A stretch of DNA of 64,000 nucleotides, taken from the NCBI RefSeq assembly GCF_009914755.1, contig NC_060937.1. The stretch is one strand, 5' to 3'. Shown piece after piece: positions 44,961 through 58,420 of the stretch; position 1 is the first letter of the stretch; each line of letters opens with the position of its first letter. The DNA comes from the human T2T-CHM13v2.0 reference genome, Homo sapiens. Position numbers and translations under genes: made by a program. Under the pieces are notes generated by a model. The model had not been told where the DNA came from and made no database searches. It saw nothing but the letters and a program-made list of their open reading frames with translations.

Positions 44961-46180
44961 AAAAAAGCATTAAATCTTAAGTAACTTATGGCTAGGGAGA
45001 TAATTTTATTTTTAACATTCACTGTGTTTCTTGTATGCCATGAATTTTTCTCAGCACAATCTTTTATCCAACAAATATTTATTGAGTGCCTACTAAATGT
45101 CATAATCTATGCTAGACCTTAGAAAAATCTCTAGCTCCTTGGAACTTTGCTATGTCTTATGGAAATATTGAAACCTTACAGATTTGAGCCAGAATTTAAC
45201 TATAAATAATATTAAAGATTATCTACTTCTTGAAAATAAGCTTAATAGGGAAGCTGAGAAGACATTTACTTAACTAATATACTTTAAAATAAAATATTAA
45301 ATCTGTCTCATTTATTTTTTTCTTACATTCATACATACAAAAATGTTGATCAAGATAGTAGATCTTTGAAATACAACAATATGTCAGATTTCTCATTCAA
45401 AGTTGACAATTTAATGTCTTAGAAACACTACTATATAATATGATGCTAAGATTAATGACTAATTGCTCATAAAGTAGGGAATAAGTACATCTGAAAAGTT
45501 ATATAAAACCTCACAGGGGAGCCACTGAGTTTATAGCACACAGGAATTTTGGAGTTTTCTCAGTTATGGAGTCTAAAACTAAGTTTTAAATCATAGCAAA
45601 AGTGCAGAAAACATCTCATTTTTCCTCTCACCTAAATGTTGAAGAAATGACTTTTAAGGGAAAATAGCTTACTAGGAAGATGTTGTACTTTCATCATCAT
45701 ATCTTCATTGCATTAGTGTGAGACTAAGAGGTAAGAGTTTATATTTGTGAACCATGGGCCAAATCAATGATGGAATGAACTAGACTTCAGCAACAGTGCT
45801 TCACTCCCCTCGTAATAATTATGATAATGCAGAGACACTTAGGAATTGAACACTAATTCACTTAGTGTTGTTTTGTACTTATCACCAGATTTCCAGAAAG
45901 CATTGGTAGATACCAGGAGTTTATGAGATAAGCAAAGTGAATAGGCAAAATTGTGCTCTTCATAGTCTGGTAACATCACTACGTACAAACAGTTGCAGGA
46001 GCAACTATCCAAGCCAGCAAAGGATTTGAGAAAGCTAAAATGCTCTTCTTCCAGTTATAAGTATATTTTATTGTCTTATGAATTGTGTAGCTGCATTATT
46101 TTATCCTTAACTTATATGTTTATTTTTTGAAATTATATTCATCACTTCAAATAGTATGTATAATAACAAACGTGTCATAT

Positions 46181-46775
46181 TGAGAGAGGAGACAGAGGAT
46201 GGCTAGGAAGATAGAAGGGGAGGGTCTTGGGAGAGAAAAAACACCTGTGGGAGCACACTTGTACTGACCCTGTAGCTAGCGAGAAGAAATGTGGTTAAGA
46301 TCTTCCTCTTATGCCAGGATGTTTGCTCAGAAAGTACTATCCCAACTTAGGTGTAGGCACAATAAATCAACTAAATGTCCTTACCTTGACCCAGAGCTAG
46401 CTGTAATATCATTAGCATTGCAGTTTTAGTCCCCCATAAGTTTTACTTAGGCACTCATGGATAATAACCAAGATGGAGTAGCTATGGCCAACCCTAGGCA
46501 TGCACAGATACGACACCTCCAGGGGGCAAATTTACCTGTCTTATTTGGGTGGAACCCACAGAAGACTTCCTTGCCTCGGCCACATAAAAGACCCAGAACT
46601 TAGCCCCGTTTTTGGCAACCAATTATCGGGTCCCTTCTTGCTATTGAGAGGTTTCTGTCACTTAATAAATCCTACTCTGCCTTACTCACTCTCCAGTGTC
46701 CACATGTGTTATTCTTCTTGGTCGTGGGACAAGAAACTGGACCTAGCTGAACTAAGGAATAAGAAAACTGTAACA
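46181..46775 (+). mobile_element. ERV1-class solo LTR (subfamily not resolved)
   Basis: TG...'tgtaaca' termini, 4-bp near-TSD atat/ttat, TATA-like 'cataaaa' at ~46583, AATAAA at ~46664, typical U5 'ttcttcttggtcgtgggacaagaa'. Confidence 0.75.
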
Positions 46776-46811
46776 TTATTTCTCAAGTATATTGAGTCTA
46801 TAAGATTCAAA

Positions 46812-47535
46812 ATATCATCTCCCACCAGTCAGATGGTGATTATTAAAAAGTCAAGAAGCAACAGATGCTGGGAATGCTGTGGAGAAAAAGAAATGCTTTT
46901 ACACTGTTGGTGGGAATGTAAATTAGTTCAGCCATTGTGGAAGACAGTGTGGCAATTCCTCAAGGATCTAGAACCAGAAACACCATTTGACCCAGCAGTC
47001 CCATTACTGGGTATATACTCAAAGGAATATAATTCATTCCGTTATAAAGATACATGCACATGTATATTTACTGCAACATTATTCACAATAGCATAGACAT
47101 GGAACCAACCCAAATGTCCGTCAATGATAGACTGGATAAAGAAAATGTGGTATATATACACTATAGAATACCATGCAGCCATAAAAAGAAATGAGATCAT
47201 GTCCTTTGCAGGGACATGGATGAAGCTAGAGGCCATAATCCTCAGCAAACTAACACAGGAACATGAAACCAAATACCGCATGTTCTCACTCATAAGTGGG
47301 AGATGAACAATGAGAACACATGGAAACAGGGTGGGGAACAACACACACTGAGGCCTGTTGTGAAGGGTGGGGGAAGGGAGAGCATCAGCACAATACCTAA
47401 TGCAGGCAGGGCTTAATACCTAGGTGACTGGTTTATAGGTGCAGCAAACCCCCATGGCACATGTTTACCTGTGTAACAAACCTGCACATCCTGCACATGT
47501 ACCCAGGAACTTATAAAATAAAATTAAAAATGAAA
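46812..47535 (+). mobile_element. 5'-truncated older L1PA (L1PA10-13-like) 3' fragment
   Basis: ORF2 C-terminus ([17 protein letters not shown]) and 3'UTR 'gggcttaatacctaggtga...gtgtaacaaacctgcacatcctgcacatgtaccc'. Confidence 0.9.
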
Positions 47536-47950
47536 ACAAAACACAAAGCAATTAAACATTTTCTACGAAAAAGTATTATCTGTTACTTATTTAAGGAAAT
47601 ATATTCAAGATTCTGGACTGCATGACTAGTAGTTTTCTGTATTACCTCTCTTACAGGTAGGTGTTGGTGTGATGTGACTTCATGCCTCAAAGATTGAGAT
47701 TCTGAAAATTTTAAGAATGCATTTCATATAAATGAATTACATGTTTATACTTAAATGTTCTTATATTAATGTGTATTTTTATATGTATCACTAATGTGGT
47801 AGAAATACTAACACACTACATGTGAGAATGAAATTATGTTAATTCTACTCAGTAACTCTGGGTCAATCATTATTCCAGTTAACATGTTTTTCAATATTTG
47901 ACAAATACTGTCAACTTTTTTTCACAATGCAACAAAAAGTATTAACATGT

Positions 47951-48277
<327 letters not shown>

Positions 48278-49149
48278 TCAATTACTTTTCTCTAAGTTAA
48301 TCATCTTTCAAAACTAATATCCTACTAAATATTTATCAAGCTGCTTTCATGCAGTAACTAATCAGACTATAACATAACTCTAAATCTGACCTTTAACAAT
48401 CTGAGTATACTATATGATTTTCTCCCACTCTAAACAGATGCTGAATATTATTTTGAATTATTTAAAATTATTTTCTTGAAATTTATATATATATATATAA
48501 AATAACATGCACAAAAAGGCTTTACATTTTCTTATCTTAATATTCTTTGGCATATTTCTAATGTAGCTTCACTCAAATTCAATCACGGCTAAACAAGCTA
48601 GAAAGCTTATTTATGTTTCTCATGTGAAATACACTAAATTTTTAGTCCATGTTTATGCTAAAGATTTTTGAGTTTTAGAGATTTAGATTATTTTTATGTA
48701 AACTCAAGAGTTTATTTATGGGTTTCATATGAATGAAATTAATGTTTCATTTGAAATTAATCCCTAGGCATTTCTAAACTTAGTTGTCTCATACTTTCAT
48801 GTAACTTTCATTAAAATTTTAATTAGCAATCAGTAAAATTTAGTTTGATATGATATTTCTCACATACAAGTATATGGTCTACTACTATGTTTTTGAAGAG
48901 ACATTTTCAGAAAATGGTAGCAAAATCATATGTCGCTGTTTTCCAGTAATAGTTTGAAATCTGAATGCTCCATCCTTGGTATCATTTGCTGAAACTCATG
49001 TAACATTTAGTGATTATAATTCACTCTACACAAAACAACAGAAAAACAGTTCTTAGAAGTTCTCTCAAAAGTAAATTGCTAAGATTTATCGTCCCTATCT
49101 TAGCCTTTTGTTTTGCATTAAAAAACTTATATTACATAAGGAAGTAAGG

Positions 49150-50500
49150 TGTTAGAATAACAAGTTGTTCTTCTAAACCGTGTGATATATGATCCTCCAG
49201 ACAGCTAATTTATGTAAATATATTACAACATACTTCTCCTTCCTGGTCAATAAATACTTGGAACTTCTGTGGTTAATATCAGTATATATTTCATGAGTCC
49301 CTAGTAGCCTGGCATCCAAAGTTAGTGACTAGATATTCTGGAGATTCACTGCGTACACCTGTCCTATTTTTACAGAATACTTTTTTATCACTAAATCCCA
49401 GTACATTTTGTCCAAGTTTTGAGAGTTACAACAGCAGCATAGATGTCTTGCCACTGTAACAATGTAACCATGTATTATTATTCCCCTGCAAGATTGGCCT
49501 GTTACTCAGTCACAACAGAAGTTGAGACTGGCCTTGGAACTGCAAAAATGCTTGCATCTTTAAGCTTAAGAACTAGTTCCAGATACCAGAGGAAAGGTAT
49601 AGCTCTGCAGACTTGGCAGGAAATACCCCAAGCCATTTCAGACTCTTATTCTCAGATACTCTCTGGTGCCCAAGGTAAGGATATAATGAAACTAATGGGC
49701 TTTTATCTAGAAACTATGGGTCCAAATACAGCAGGAGACACCTTTGAACAAGCACAGTGCTAATAAGGAGATGTGAAACGGGAGAGTAAAATCATATCCA
49801 ATTTCAGCCAAGGGCATATTTTAGATTGGTATCTACTGGAGACAGGGCTGAGTGAGGAACAGCACATTCTCATATGACTTGGAAAAGACTTCATAGATTC
49901 TTCTATGGAAATGGTAACAAGTAGATATAAAAACAGATTTTAGGAATGTTTAATTAATTAGGGACAATCAACTTCAGCTAATTTATTTATCCCTTTAATA
50001 GGTACCCAGTAACACAATGAAACTGACATGAAAGTGGCAAATTCTAGCAAAATTGAGCCATTTTTTTCTTGTAAAAAGTTTCCAAGAGAGATACCCAAAG
50101 GATCAGAATAGAACTCAGTTGTAGATGTGAATTAAGCACTCATTAGAGAACCACAGTTGACCATTGATGAGACCAACCCATCAGAGTTTTGACCAGGAAG
50201 ACATGTGACCAGGAAGAAATGTGGGTCCATACAGATCATCAAACACTATATTTTTTCACAGCAAGGGTTGTTTCAAGACAAACCATTTAATACTGATGTA
50301 TTTATGTCCCAGTGAGGATTACCACAGGACTTGGAGCCACAAGCTGCAGTCATTACTGGGCAGTTATGGTGATGTTGGAAAACTGGTGTGAGATTAATGG
50401 GGCGGAGCCTGACAGAAATGCTGAGTAACTCCATTCATAATGCACTGAAAAATGAACTTTATTGATTTTATAGAAGATCACCATACCAACCTTAATATAA
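49150..50500 (+). mobile_element. Highly decayed ERVL/MaLR-like internal (pol RT/RNase H/integrase) remnant
   Basis: Weak resemblance to the PLGFWS..PFEKQ region (~49690-49760) and SAQWAELxA region (~50105-50140). No intact frame. Confidence 0.35.
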
Positions 50501-52409
50501 TGCACAATAAATCTGACAAATTTGTTATAACTTTACTGATAAATGAAGGAGGCATATTTTAAGAACCAGTCATACCTATTACTACATACATGCCACATTT
50601 CTGTAGGTGATTCCTGCTCTTTCCTTGTAAATGACCACACTTTCTTTGCCTGAGATTGTTTGTGTCTCATTTCATTTGAAGGTTGTAATGAGATATTACA
50701 TAATTTTCTTAAATACCTTGGAAAAATCTTACAAATTTTGTGTTAAATTTTACATAATTTCAAGGACACAAGAAATCTGGAAGCACGAGAAAGCAGGAGA
50801 GTTCTGTGACATCGTTTGTGAACCCCCAGGATCAAGCTCTATAAATCTGACGTGATCTCTGACCAGAGGATAAAATGAGACCTCTAAGTAAGATTGACTT
50901 ACCACATCATACAGTGGGGAGAGTTTAGGTAATTTAAACATCCTCATTTTATATCCAGTCCATGTAAGGGCTTACATGATATTTTCAGGAAGCTGTGGCT
51001 AATAAATCTGTAGATAGTAGGTTTATTTACCATAAACAAAGCTAAACTCAGGAGCATCTTTCCAAGATATAATATATATACTTTATAAAAGACATAAATA
51101 TAGATTTACCTCCTAACAATATCAAATAATACTTATAAGGAGGCCAACTGTTAGCATCTTTGCACACACACACACAAAAAAAAAAATTAGACCTGGTCTC
51201 CTGCCTTGTTTCTTTTAAAATGTGCTCCTACTATTTAGGGAAGAAATGGATCACTGAAAAACTAACACTTTTCTTTCCAGTCTATTTTTTGAATTTGATC
51301 ACTATATTCTTAGAGCATATTTCTCAGATATCTGTTCTTTATTTTTCTTACAATATTTTCTGCAATATTCCAAAGAAAGAACAAAACAAAATCTCAAAGG
51401 TCACCAGGATTTGGGCTATTCAATGGAGAATATGAAGTCATTTGTATGTTAATCAACATTCTGTACTTTCAGATATTTTTGAGAACTCTTTGACTGTCTA
51501 ACCATCTCAGTTGCTCTTTTTCTTCATCAATTATTTTAATAGGCTATATGTGTGGATGTATATATATATATATATATGTCTATGAATATATATTAGAGTT
51601 TGTAATGTATGCAAAGTTAGAGACATTTTATCTTCTGTCCATTGTTTTCTATAGGTATTACCTCAAGCCTGCCTCCATCAAAGCTTCTAAAATATTTTCT
51701 TATCTTGGGAATAAATATTATGTAATATTCATTTTCACTTAATTCTGTCTGTGAGGTTGCAACCCTTTGCTACATTACTTAGCTATGTCTGAGAGATTAA
51801 ATTTATGTTTGGCACACCATAAATCAATTACAATTGTAGTACCAGTTTTCATTCTCTTCCGACAGAAATAAACTTTCCCCATGTACTACATATTCCAAAT
51901 GACAATGGCTAACTAGAAGCCATTGTTCAGCTATTTACATATTCTGCCTGGTTTGTGAACATAGCAATACTTCAGATACATACAACAGGTTTTTACATTC
52001 AGAAGCTTCTAGGTGTCATTAGGTGACACTTCCTATCACCCCCACCCCATTAGGGATCACCAGGTTTGGCTTATTTGTGTTTCCAAACTCAACTGATTGC
52101 ACAACAAGAACTTTAAATTCTCTGTTATCTCTAGAAACTAGATCACTAAAGAACAAAAATAAAAGGTAGAATTTCTAATAAAATCCTAATTATTTATCCT
52201 AATTTTTCCACAAACTTATTTGTATGGCCTCATTCTCTACTATATGCAACCTCTGATTTTTAATGATAGGCAATTCTAAACTGATTTGAATGTTCAATAG
52301 TTGTTGTTGAATGAATATATACCATACGTCTACTCTCTGCATTGCTCAACAGTGTGCCACTATGTTTAACTCAGTATTCAGTTAGTCATGCAATTATGCT
52401 TAATTATCC

Positions 52410-52708
52410 TTTTTTTTTTTTTTCTTTGAGACAGAGTATTACTCTGTCACCCAGGCTGGAGTGCAGGGGCACAATCTTGCTCACTACAGGCTATGCCTCC
52501 TGGGATCAGATGATTCTCCTGCCTCAGCCTCCTCAGTAGCTGAGACTACAGGCATGCACCACCACACCCAGCTAATATTTGTATTTTTAGTAAAGATGGG
52601 GTTTCCCCATGTTGGCCAGGATGGTCTCATACTCCTGACCTCAGGTGATCCACCCACCTCGGCCTCCAAGAGTTCTGAGATTACAGGCGTGAGCCACCAC
52701 ACCCAGCC
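52410..52708 (-). mobile_element. Alu (J/S boundary-like)
   Basis: Full Alu with T-tail. TSD aattat(c/a)cttt. Confidence 0.93.
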
Positions 52709-53899
52709 CAATTATACTTTTTTTTTCTCTCTCTATTTCCAGAAATAGTCTGTATTCTGTTGGGGAATGTTTTAATTTTTTTTCATTTTTGCTTATTTTA
52801 TGTACCTTTTTGGGTTAGCAAGTCTTTTTTATCATGAGAGTAAGCCTCCAAGCACATTGTTTTGGTCTGACTCAGAACTTTCAGACCAGTTTCTAACATC
52901 CTCCAGAAAAAAAAAGAAAAAAAGAAAAACAAAAGGCAATTTGGGACCAGTGCAAAACAAGTCACCATATTTGTAATTTCCATTGAATGTTAACAAAAAT
53001 CATGCCATTAGGAAAATGGACTGTATTCAGAAACAGTATGTGTCCCATGAGACTGACAGTTTCAGATATTCCACTCCCAAATACCCCTTTGTCTTATTAT
53101 GCCAGGTAGTTTACATTAATGTCCTTTGTGTCTTTCTAGAAGTCCCTTATATGCAATATTCAGGCCACCAAGTTTCACCTAAATCCACTCAAGGATGTCT
53201 GAGTTAAATGTATATTTCCTTAAATGAATCCCATTGACATTCACATTTCACAAAAGAAGTGTGTATATGGCTGTGATATAACTAAACTTGATACTCATAA
53301 CTTGTTTTATACTGCACACAGGACACTGTCTTAGCAATGTACTGTCTTAGTTTATGTCCACACAGAGTGTAGAAGTTTGTGATTAAACCTTCTTATGCTG
53401 TAATCTATTGGTTGATAATAATTTTCTCAGGGCATGTGAAAATTTAAGCAGAATGGAAAACACAGCCTATACACTGCCAATCAAATGGTAGTTGTCACTT
53501 GTTACCTAAATTAAGACATGTAATTATTCTTTAGGTTGTTGTCACCAGAGAATCCATATGGAGTCTTCAGATACAGAGAACATGTAGATCAGTGGATAAT
53601 CTGCTTCCTTCACAGACAAGTCAACATGTCTTTCAATATTAGTCATTATCAGCAATAGATCTGAGATAGTTTACCTTAGAGTTTCACTCTCTTGTTCCAA
53701 ATCATTCCTGTGAAAATAATTAGACCCCATTTTGAAACTCAAATTCACTTATAACCTGCTTTGCTGTCTCTGCTATGGTCTCTCTTATTTGCATTTGTCA
53801 CTAGTTTTAATAACCCCCAGTTTTTTCCACATAATCAGCCTTTCCAAGCCTACATAATTAGTATTTGTCCACATTTTGACAAGTGAAAGATCACAGGAC

Positions 53900-54902
53900 T
53901 GTCTCTGCCACTTGGTAAGGAAGCCACATTCACAGTCTTAATTTGGTTAACATTATGAAATCATGTACTACTTGAGACCTCTTGTGAGTGCAAGCATCAG
54001 TAACCATGTAACCAAATTCTTAAGGTTAGTAGATGGACATTATATGGTTAGTAGATGGACGTTAAAATTGGAGATAATGTCCTCCCATGGAACAAGAGGT
54101 AGGTTTTTTTTCTTCTACAGTATAATAAAGAAAATATTTCTTGTGGGGAAAAAGTTAGGTTTATTTTTCACTCATGTAAAAAGTTTGGAGTTTCCTAAGC
54201 TCAGGATTTTTCTTTAACTCAACCCACTGTGTGTGCATTTGTCATCTTTCCCTCTGTATGTCGCCTTATACAAATTACAGTTTGAACAACTGGCCCAAGA
54301 CAATGCTGATATTCTGGCTACTGCTTATAACATGAGAAATAAACTGTACTATACCCTAGACTCAGGAATCTCATCTCTTATGCCTGCATCCATATAACTG
54401 TAGCAGGCTAATTTGTTAGCTGCAGGATAAAGCAACATAGTAGAGTAAAAATGCAATAGACAACTAGGACCACTTTTACTTTCTTTTCTTTCTTTCTTTC
54501 TTTCTTTCTTTTTTTTTTTTTTTTTTTGTAGACGATGTCTCACTTTGTTACCCCAGGCTGGAGTGCAGTGGCATGATCACGGCTCACTGCAACCTCAGAC
54601 TCCTTGGGCTCAAGCAATCCTCTCACCTCAGCCTCTCGAATAGCTGGGACTACAAGCAGGCACTACCATGCCTGGCTAGATTTTTATTTCACTTTATTTT
54701 ATATTTTATTTGTATTATTTTATTTTGTTTTGTTTTATTTTATTATTTTAGACCACAGATATGGTCTTGCTAATGTTTCCCCTGCTGGTCTTCAATTCCT
54801 GGCCTCAAGCCCCCACCACTGCCTCTATCTCCCAAGCAGCTGGAATTACAGAAACCAGCCACTGCATCTAGCCACATCTACTACCTTTAACAGTTCTCGA
54901 CA
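53900..54902 (+). mobile_element. ERVL LTR (MER74/MER73/LTR53-like) with AluJ inserted near its 3' end
   Basis: 'ttcctaagctcagg...caacccactgtgtgtgca', 'ctcaggaatctcatctcttatgcctgcatccatataactgtagcaggctaatttgttagc', terminal 'acagttctcgaca'. The 5' boundary is approximate. Confidence 0.6.
54480..54873 (-). mobile_element. AluJ with expanded central (TTTTA)n linker
   Basis: 'gggctcaagcaatcctctcacctcagcctc' and a long T-rich middle. Confidence 0.88.
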
Positions 54903-55220
54903 GATATCCAGAACTGTTAGGCAAATTTAAAACCAAACTAATATAGGTAAAATAAAACTTCTGTAAGGTGGGAAAAAATACAATTGCCTAATGTGTCCTT
55001 TGCAAACTCTCATTCCCATCCTTTGGTCCAATGGAGTCTCTAACTTCCTTTCATGTTCAATTTTAGAATACATTTATTTAATCGATTAACTTAAAACTTA
55101 CAATTCATTTTTCCTATCTATTTTAAGTCATATGTGTTATATTTCCATTGACAGTTCTGATTTCTAATAGCACCTATGCTCTGAAGTACATAAGAAATAT
55201 GGTATATGCCTGTAAATACG

Positions 55221-55290
55221 TATATATGTGTGTGTGTGTGTGTATATATATATACACACACACACATATATATGTATATCTATATATATA
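55221..55290. repeat. (TA)(TG)(CA) compound microsatellite
   Basis: Direct inspection. Confidence 0.85.
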
Positions 55291-55646
55291 TAGTTATGGT
55301 CTGAAAGACTGCATTCCTCCCAATATTCATACATTGAAATCTAATTCCCAATGCGAAGGTATTAAAAGATGGGGCTTTGGGGAGGTGACTAGGTAATGAA
55401 GGCAGAGCCGTTATAAGGGAAATTAGCATCTGTATAAAAGAGGCTGGAGGGAGCTTGTTGGAGCTTGTTGGTCATTTTCTCCCTGTGAGGATGCAGTAAG
55501 GAAGTGCTATCTGTGAACCAGAGTGAGTTCTTACCAGATGCCCAGTCTACTGGTCCCTTGACTGTGGACATCTCAGTCTCTAGAACTGTAAGAAATAAAT
55601 GTCTGGTGTTTATCAGCCACCAAGCTTGTATTATTTTGATACAGCA
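55291..55646 (+). mobile_element. MLT1A-like MaLR solo LTR
   Basis: 'ggggctttggggaggtgactaggtaatgaaggcagagcc...ctctagaactgtaagaaataaatgtc...gaatggactaagata'. Confidence 0.88.
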
Positions 55647-55760
55647 GCATGAATGGACTAAGATACTTTCCCATTTCTGTATATTGGTAGTAGTGCATCG
55701 TTTTTCTTGCCCAGAATAAATATCAGTTATGAACCCATTGTTCAAAATCTTTAATCATAT

Positions 55761-56388
55761 TGTCTAAGGTAGACTTGGGTTTGAAATAAGGAAAACCTGG
55801 AGTAAAAGAGGGTTAATAGTGGTTACCACCCTTGAGACTGCTGGTAAATACCCAATATAATCCACTTGGGTATATGCCTTCTTCCATCAAGGTACTACCA
55901 TTTGCAAGAGGTATTTTTGAATAACAGCAACAAATTATGAAAAGAGACAGTGACTGCCACTATCCTAAACTGTATTTTAAAGATATTTATATAGTAAGCA
56001 ATGAGTGAAGATAGGTAATTGCACACTCTGGAACAAAGGGCAGGCTTATTCACAGTATAGTAAGATACTTTTCCTCAAAAGCAAACATTAGCTGTGCTTG
56101 CTCTTTATTATAAATGATTCCACTTACATAAACTAGGGTTTTTACTGTGAAACAACCTGACATATGTATATGTGTCACTAATCTTCCTTGAATCATTCTA
56201 TGGGAATTGGGGCTCAGGAATTGGGCACAAATATGAAAAACTGGGCACTGCTATTGTTATAAGTAATAATTTATGCTTTTTCTGTGACCCAGGAGTCACA
56301 TGTTTTCTGCCAACAATCATGAAACTGTGGCAAACAACCTAGTTTCTAATTAGGGTAAAAGTGTTAGGGATTTTGCACTTATTGATGC
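55761..56388 (+). mobile_element. ERVL LTR (MER74/MER73/LTR53-like)
   Basis: 'ggaacaaagggcaggctt' and 'gacccaggagtcacatgttttctgccaacaatcatgaaactgtggc...tagggtaaaa'. Confidence 0.6.
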
Positions 56389-56421
56389 AATTTTAACTCT
56401 TTCTTCACAACTCTGTTTTTA

Positions 56422-56568
56422 AATTTATTATTTTATTTTATTTATGTATATTTTTAGAGATGGGGGTCTTGCTATTGCCAAGTCTGCCTCAAACTCCTGG
56501 TAGCAAGTGATCTTTTTGCTTCAGCCTCCTGAGTAGCTGGGATTACACATGTGTTTCACTGCACCCAA
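56422..56568 (-). mobile_element. FLAM (Alu monomer)
   Basis: Single-arm Alu 'tagagatgggggtcttgctattgcc...tcagcctcctgagtagctgggattac'. Confidence 0.8.
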
Positions 56569-56579
56569 TTTCTCATCTA

Positions 56580-56965
56580 TTTTAAATTTTTTAATTTAAT
56601 CATTGTAAATACATAATAGTTGTATGTATGAAGTACATGTGATATTTTTATACAAATTAACAATGTGTAATGATCCAATCATGGTAATTGGGGTATCCAT
56701 CACCTCAAACGTTTATTATTTATCAGTGTTAGGAACATTTCAATTCAATGTAATTCTTCAAAATAACTTTTAGTTATTTTGAAATATACATTTTTAACTA
56801 TAGTGCTACCATACATTAGACCATATTCCTCCCATCTAGCTGCTTTTTTGTACCTATTAACCAGCCTGTCTTTATCTTTTCCTCCCTGCTACCCTACCCA
56901 GCCTCTGATAACCATCATTCTACTCTCCATCTCTGTAGAGATATTTTTTTTAAATATCTCACATG
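56580..56965 (-). mobile_element. L1MA 3' end fragment
   Basis: 'aatgtgtaatgatccaatcatggtaattggggtatccatcacctcaaac', 'ccagcctctgataaccatcattctactctccatctc'. Confidence 0.85.
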
Positions 56966-58040
56966 TAATTCATTTTAAAAGCCCCTAGGTACTTATGAGA
57001 GATTTTCTTTGTCACATAGGAAGCAAGCACTTATGATGTTGTAGTACATTTTTAAAAACATATACCAAGGACATTATTTGGCATATTTAGCAAAGCAATG
57101 TCAGTTTACATTTATTGAACAACTAGCAAAAAAATCACTGCTAAAATTTAAGGATATAGAAAGTAATGAAGCATCACATATGCTCAAGGAGATGATAGAA
57201 ATAAAATTTACAATATTCACAATATAAGAGTTCATATTAATAAACTGCTATGTATCAGAAATAAGTTATAATATTATTATACACAAATTTTATATATAAG
57301 AAAATTGGTGTTATAAGGCAGATGATATATGCCCAAATAACAGAGTAACAGAGACTGGATTTGAACATTCCCCTTTCCAGAACATATCATACAACCACTA
57401 TACTTTATATCTGAGGATATAGAAACATATGTAAAACAAAATTAACAAAATAAGATTGCACAAACTCAATCATCTGTTTCTTCTACATAAAATTATTATC
57501 ATTTGTTAGGTTTCATACATATTTTTCTTTGAGGCATTTTAAAATAATACCTGTTTCAATAAATAGCTTAAATTCATGAAAACCATTCATTGTTAGAGGT
57601 CAAATACATATTAAATATCTTGAGGTGATATTCAGATAGGTTTTTGTCTTCTGTTTCTCATGTGTATTTTACTAAATAGATTGTTTTTACAAAATCTGAG
57701 GATAGAAATATATGTTTCATCCACTGGACAACCGAAATATAAAGCTATTATTAAAACAGAGCTTGTTGTGGTGAAATATATTTCGTATCTTATTTATGTG
57801 TGTTCATATGAATGGCTAGCAAGTCATTGAAAAGTAGGCCACCAATTACCCTTTTACATGCATGTTATGTTACATTTGGCTTTAACTTATATGTAAATGA
57901 ATCAAAAACATTGAGAACTTATGTTTTGGACTAAGCGTGTTCTTTTTATGTGAATATTATAGAATAGAAAATAAATACATCTTGCTATGTATAAGAGTAT
58001 TTTTGACAATAAACCTAAAAAATATTCTAATGTTAGAGTA

Positions 58041-58420
58041 TATATTAGTCTGTTCTTACACTGCTCTAAATGGCTGCCCAAGACTGTGTCATTTAGAAAG
58101 GAAAGAGCTTTAATTGACTCACAGTTCTGCATGGCTGCGGAGGCCTCAGGAAACTTACAATCATGGTTGAAGGGGAAGCAAACACATCCTTCTTCACATG
58201 ATGGCACGAAGGAGAAGTGCTGAGCAAAAGGGAGAAAAGCCCCTTATAAAACAATCAGATCTCACGATAACTCAGTCACTATTATGAGAAAAGCAGCATG
58301 TGGGTAACTGCCTCCATGATTCAATTTCCTCCCACCAGGTACCCCTCCCACGAGCTGTGGGGATTATCGGAACTACAATTCAAGATGAGATTTGGGTGGG
58401 GACACAGAGAAACCATATCA
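58041..58420 (-). mobile_element. THE1 (C/D-like) solo LTR
   Basis: Ends 'aaccatatca'. 5-bp TSD gagta (58036-58040 and 58421-58425). Confidence 0.92.

Noticed and set aside
46500-47096. 198-aa ORF fusing LTR sequence to the L1 ORF2 C-terminal Cys-rich region
   Set aside because: Chance read-through across two adjacent repeats. The ATG lies upstream of the LTR's TATA-like box and the LTR poly(A) signal falls inside the ORF.
49443-49763. 106-aa ORF in the putative ERV pol remnant
   Set aside because: No convincing catalytic motif. At best a decayed retroviral fragment.
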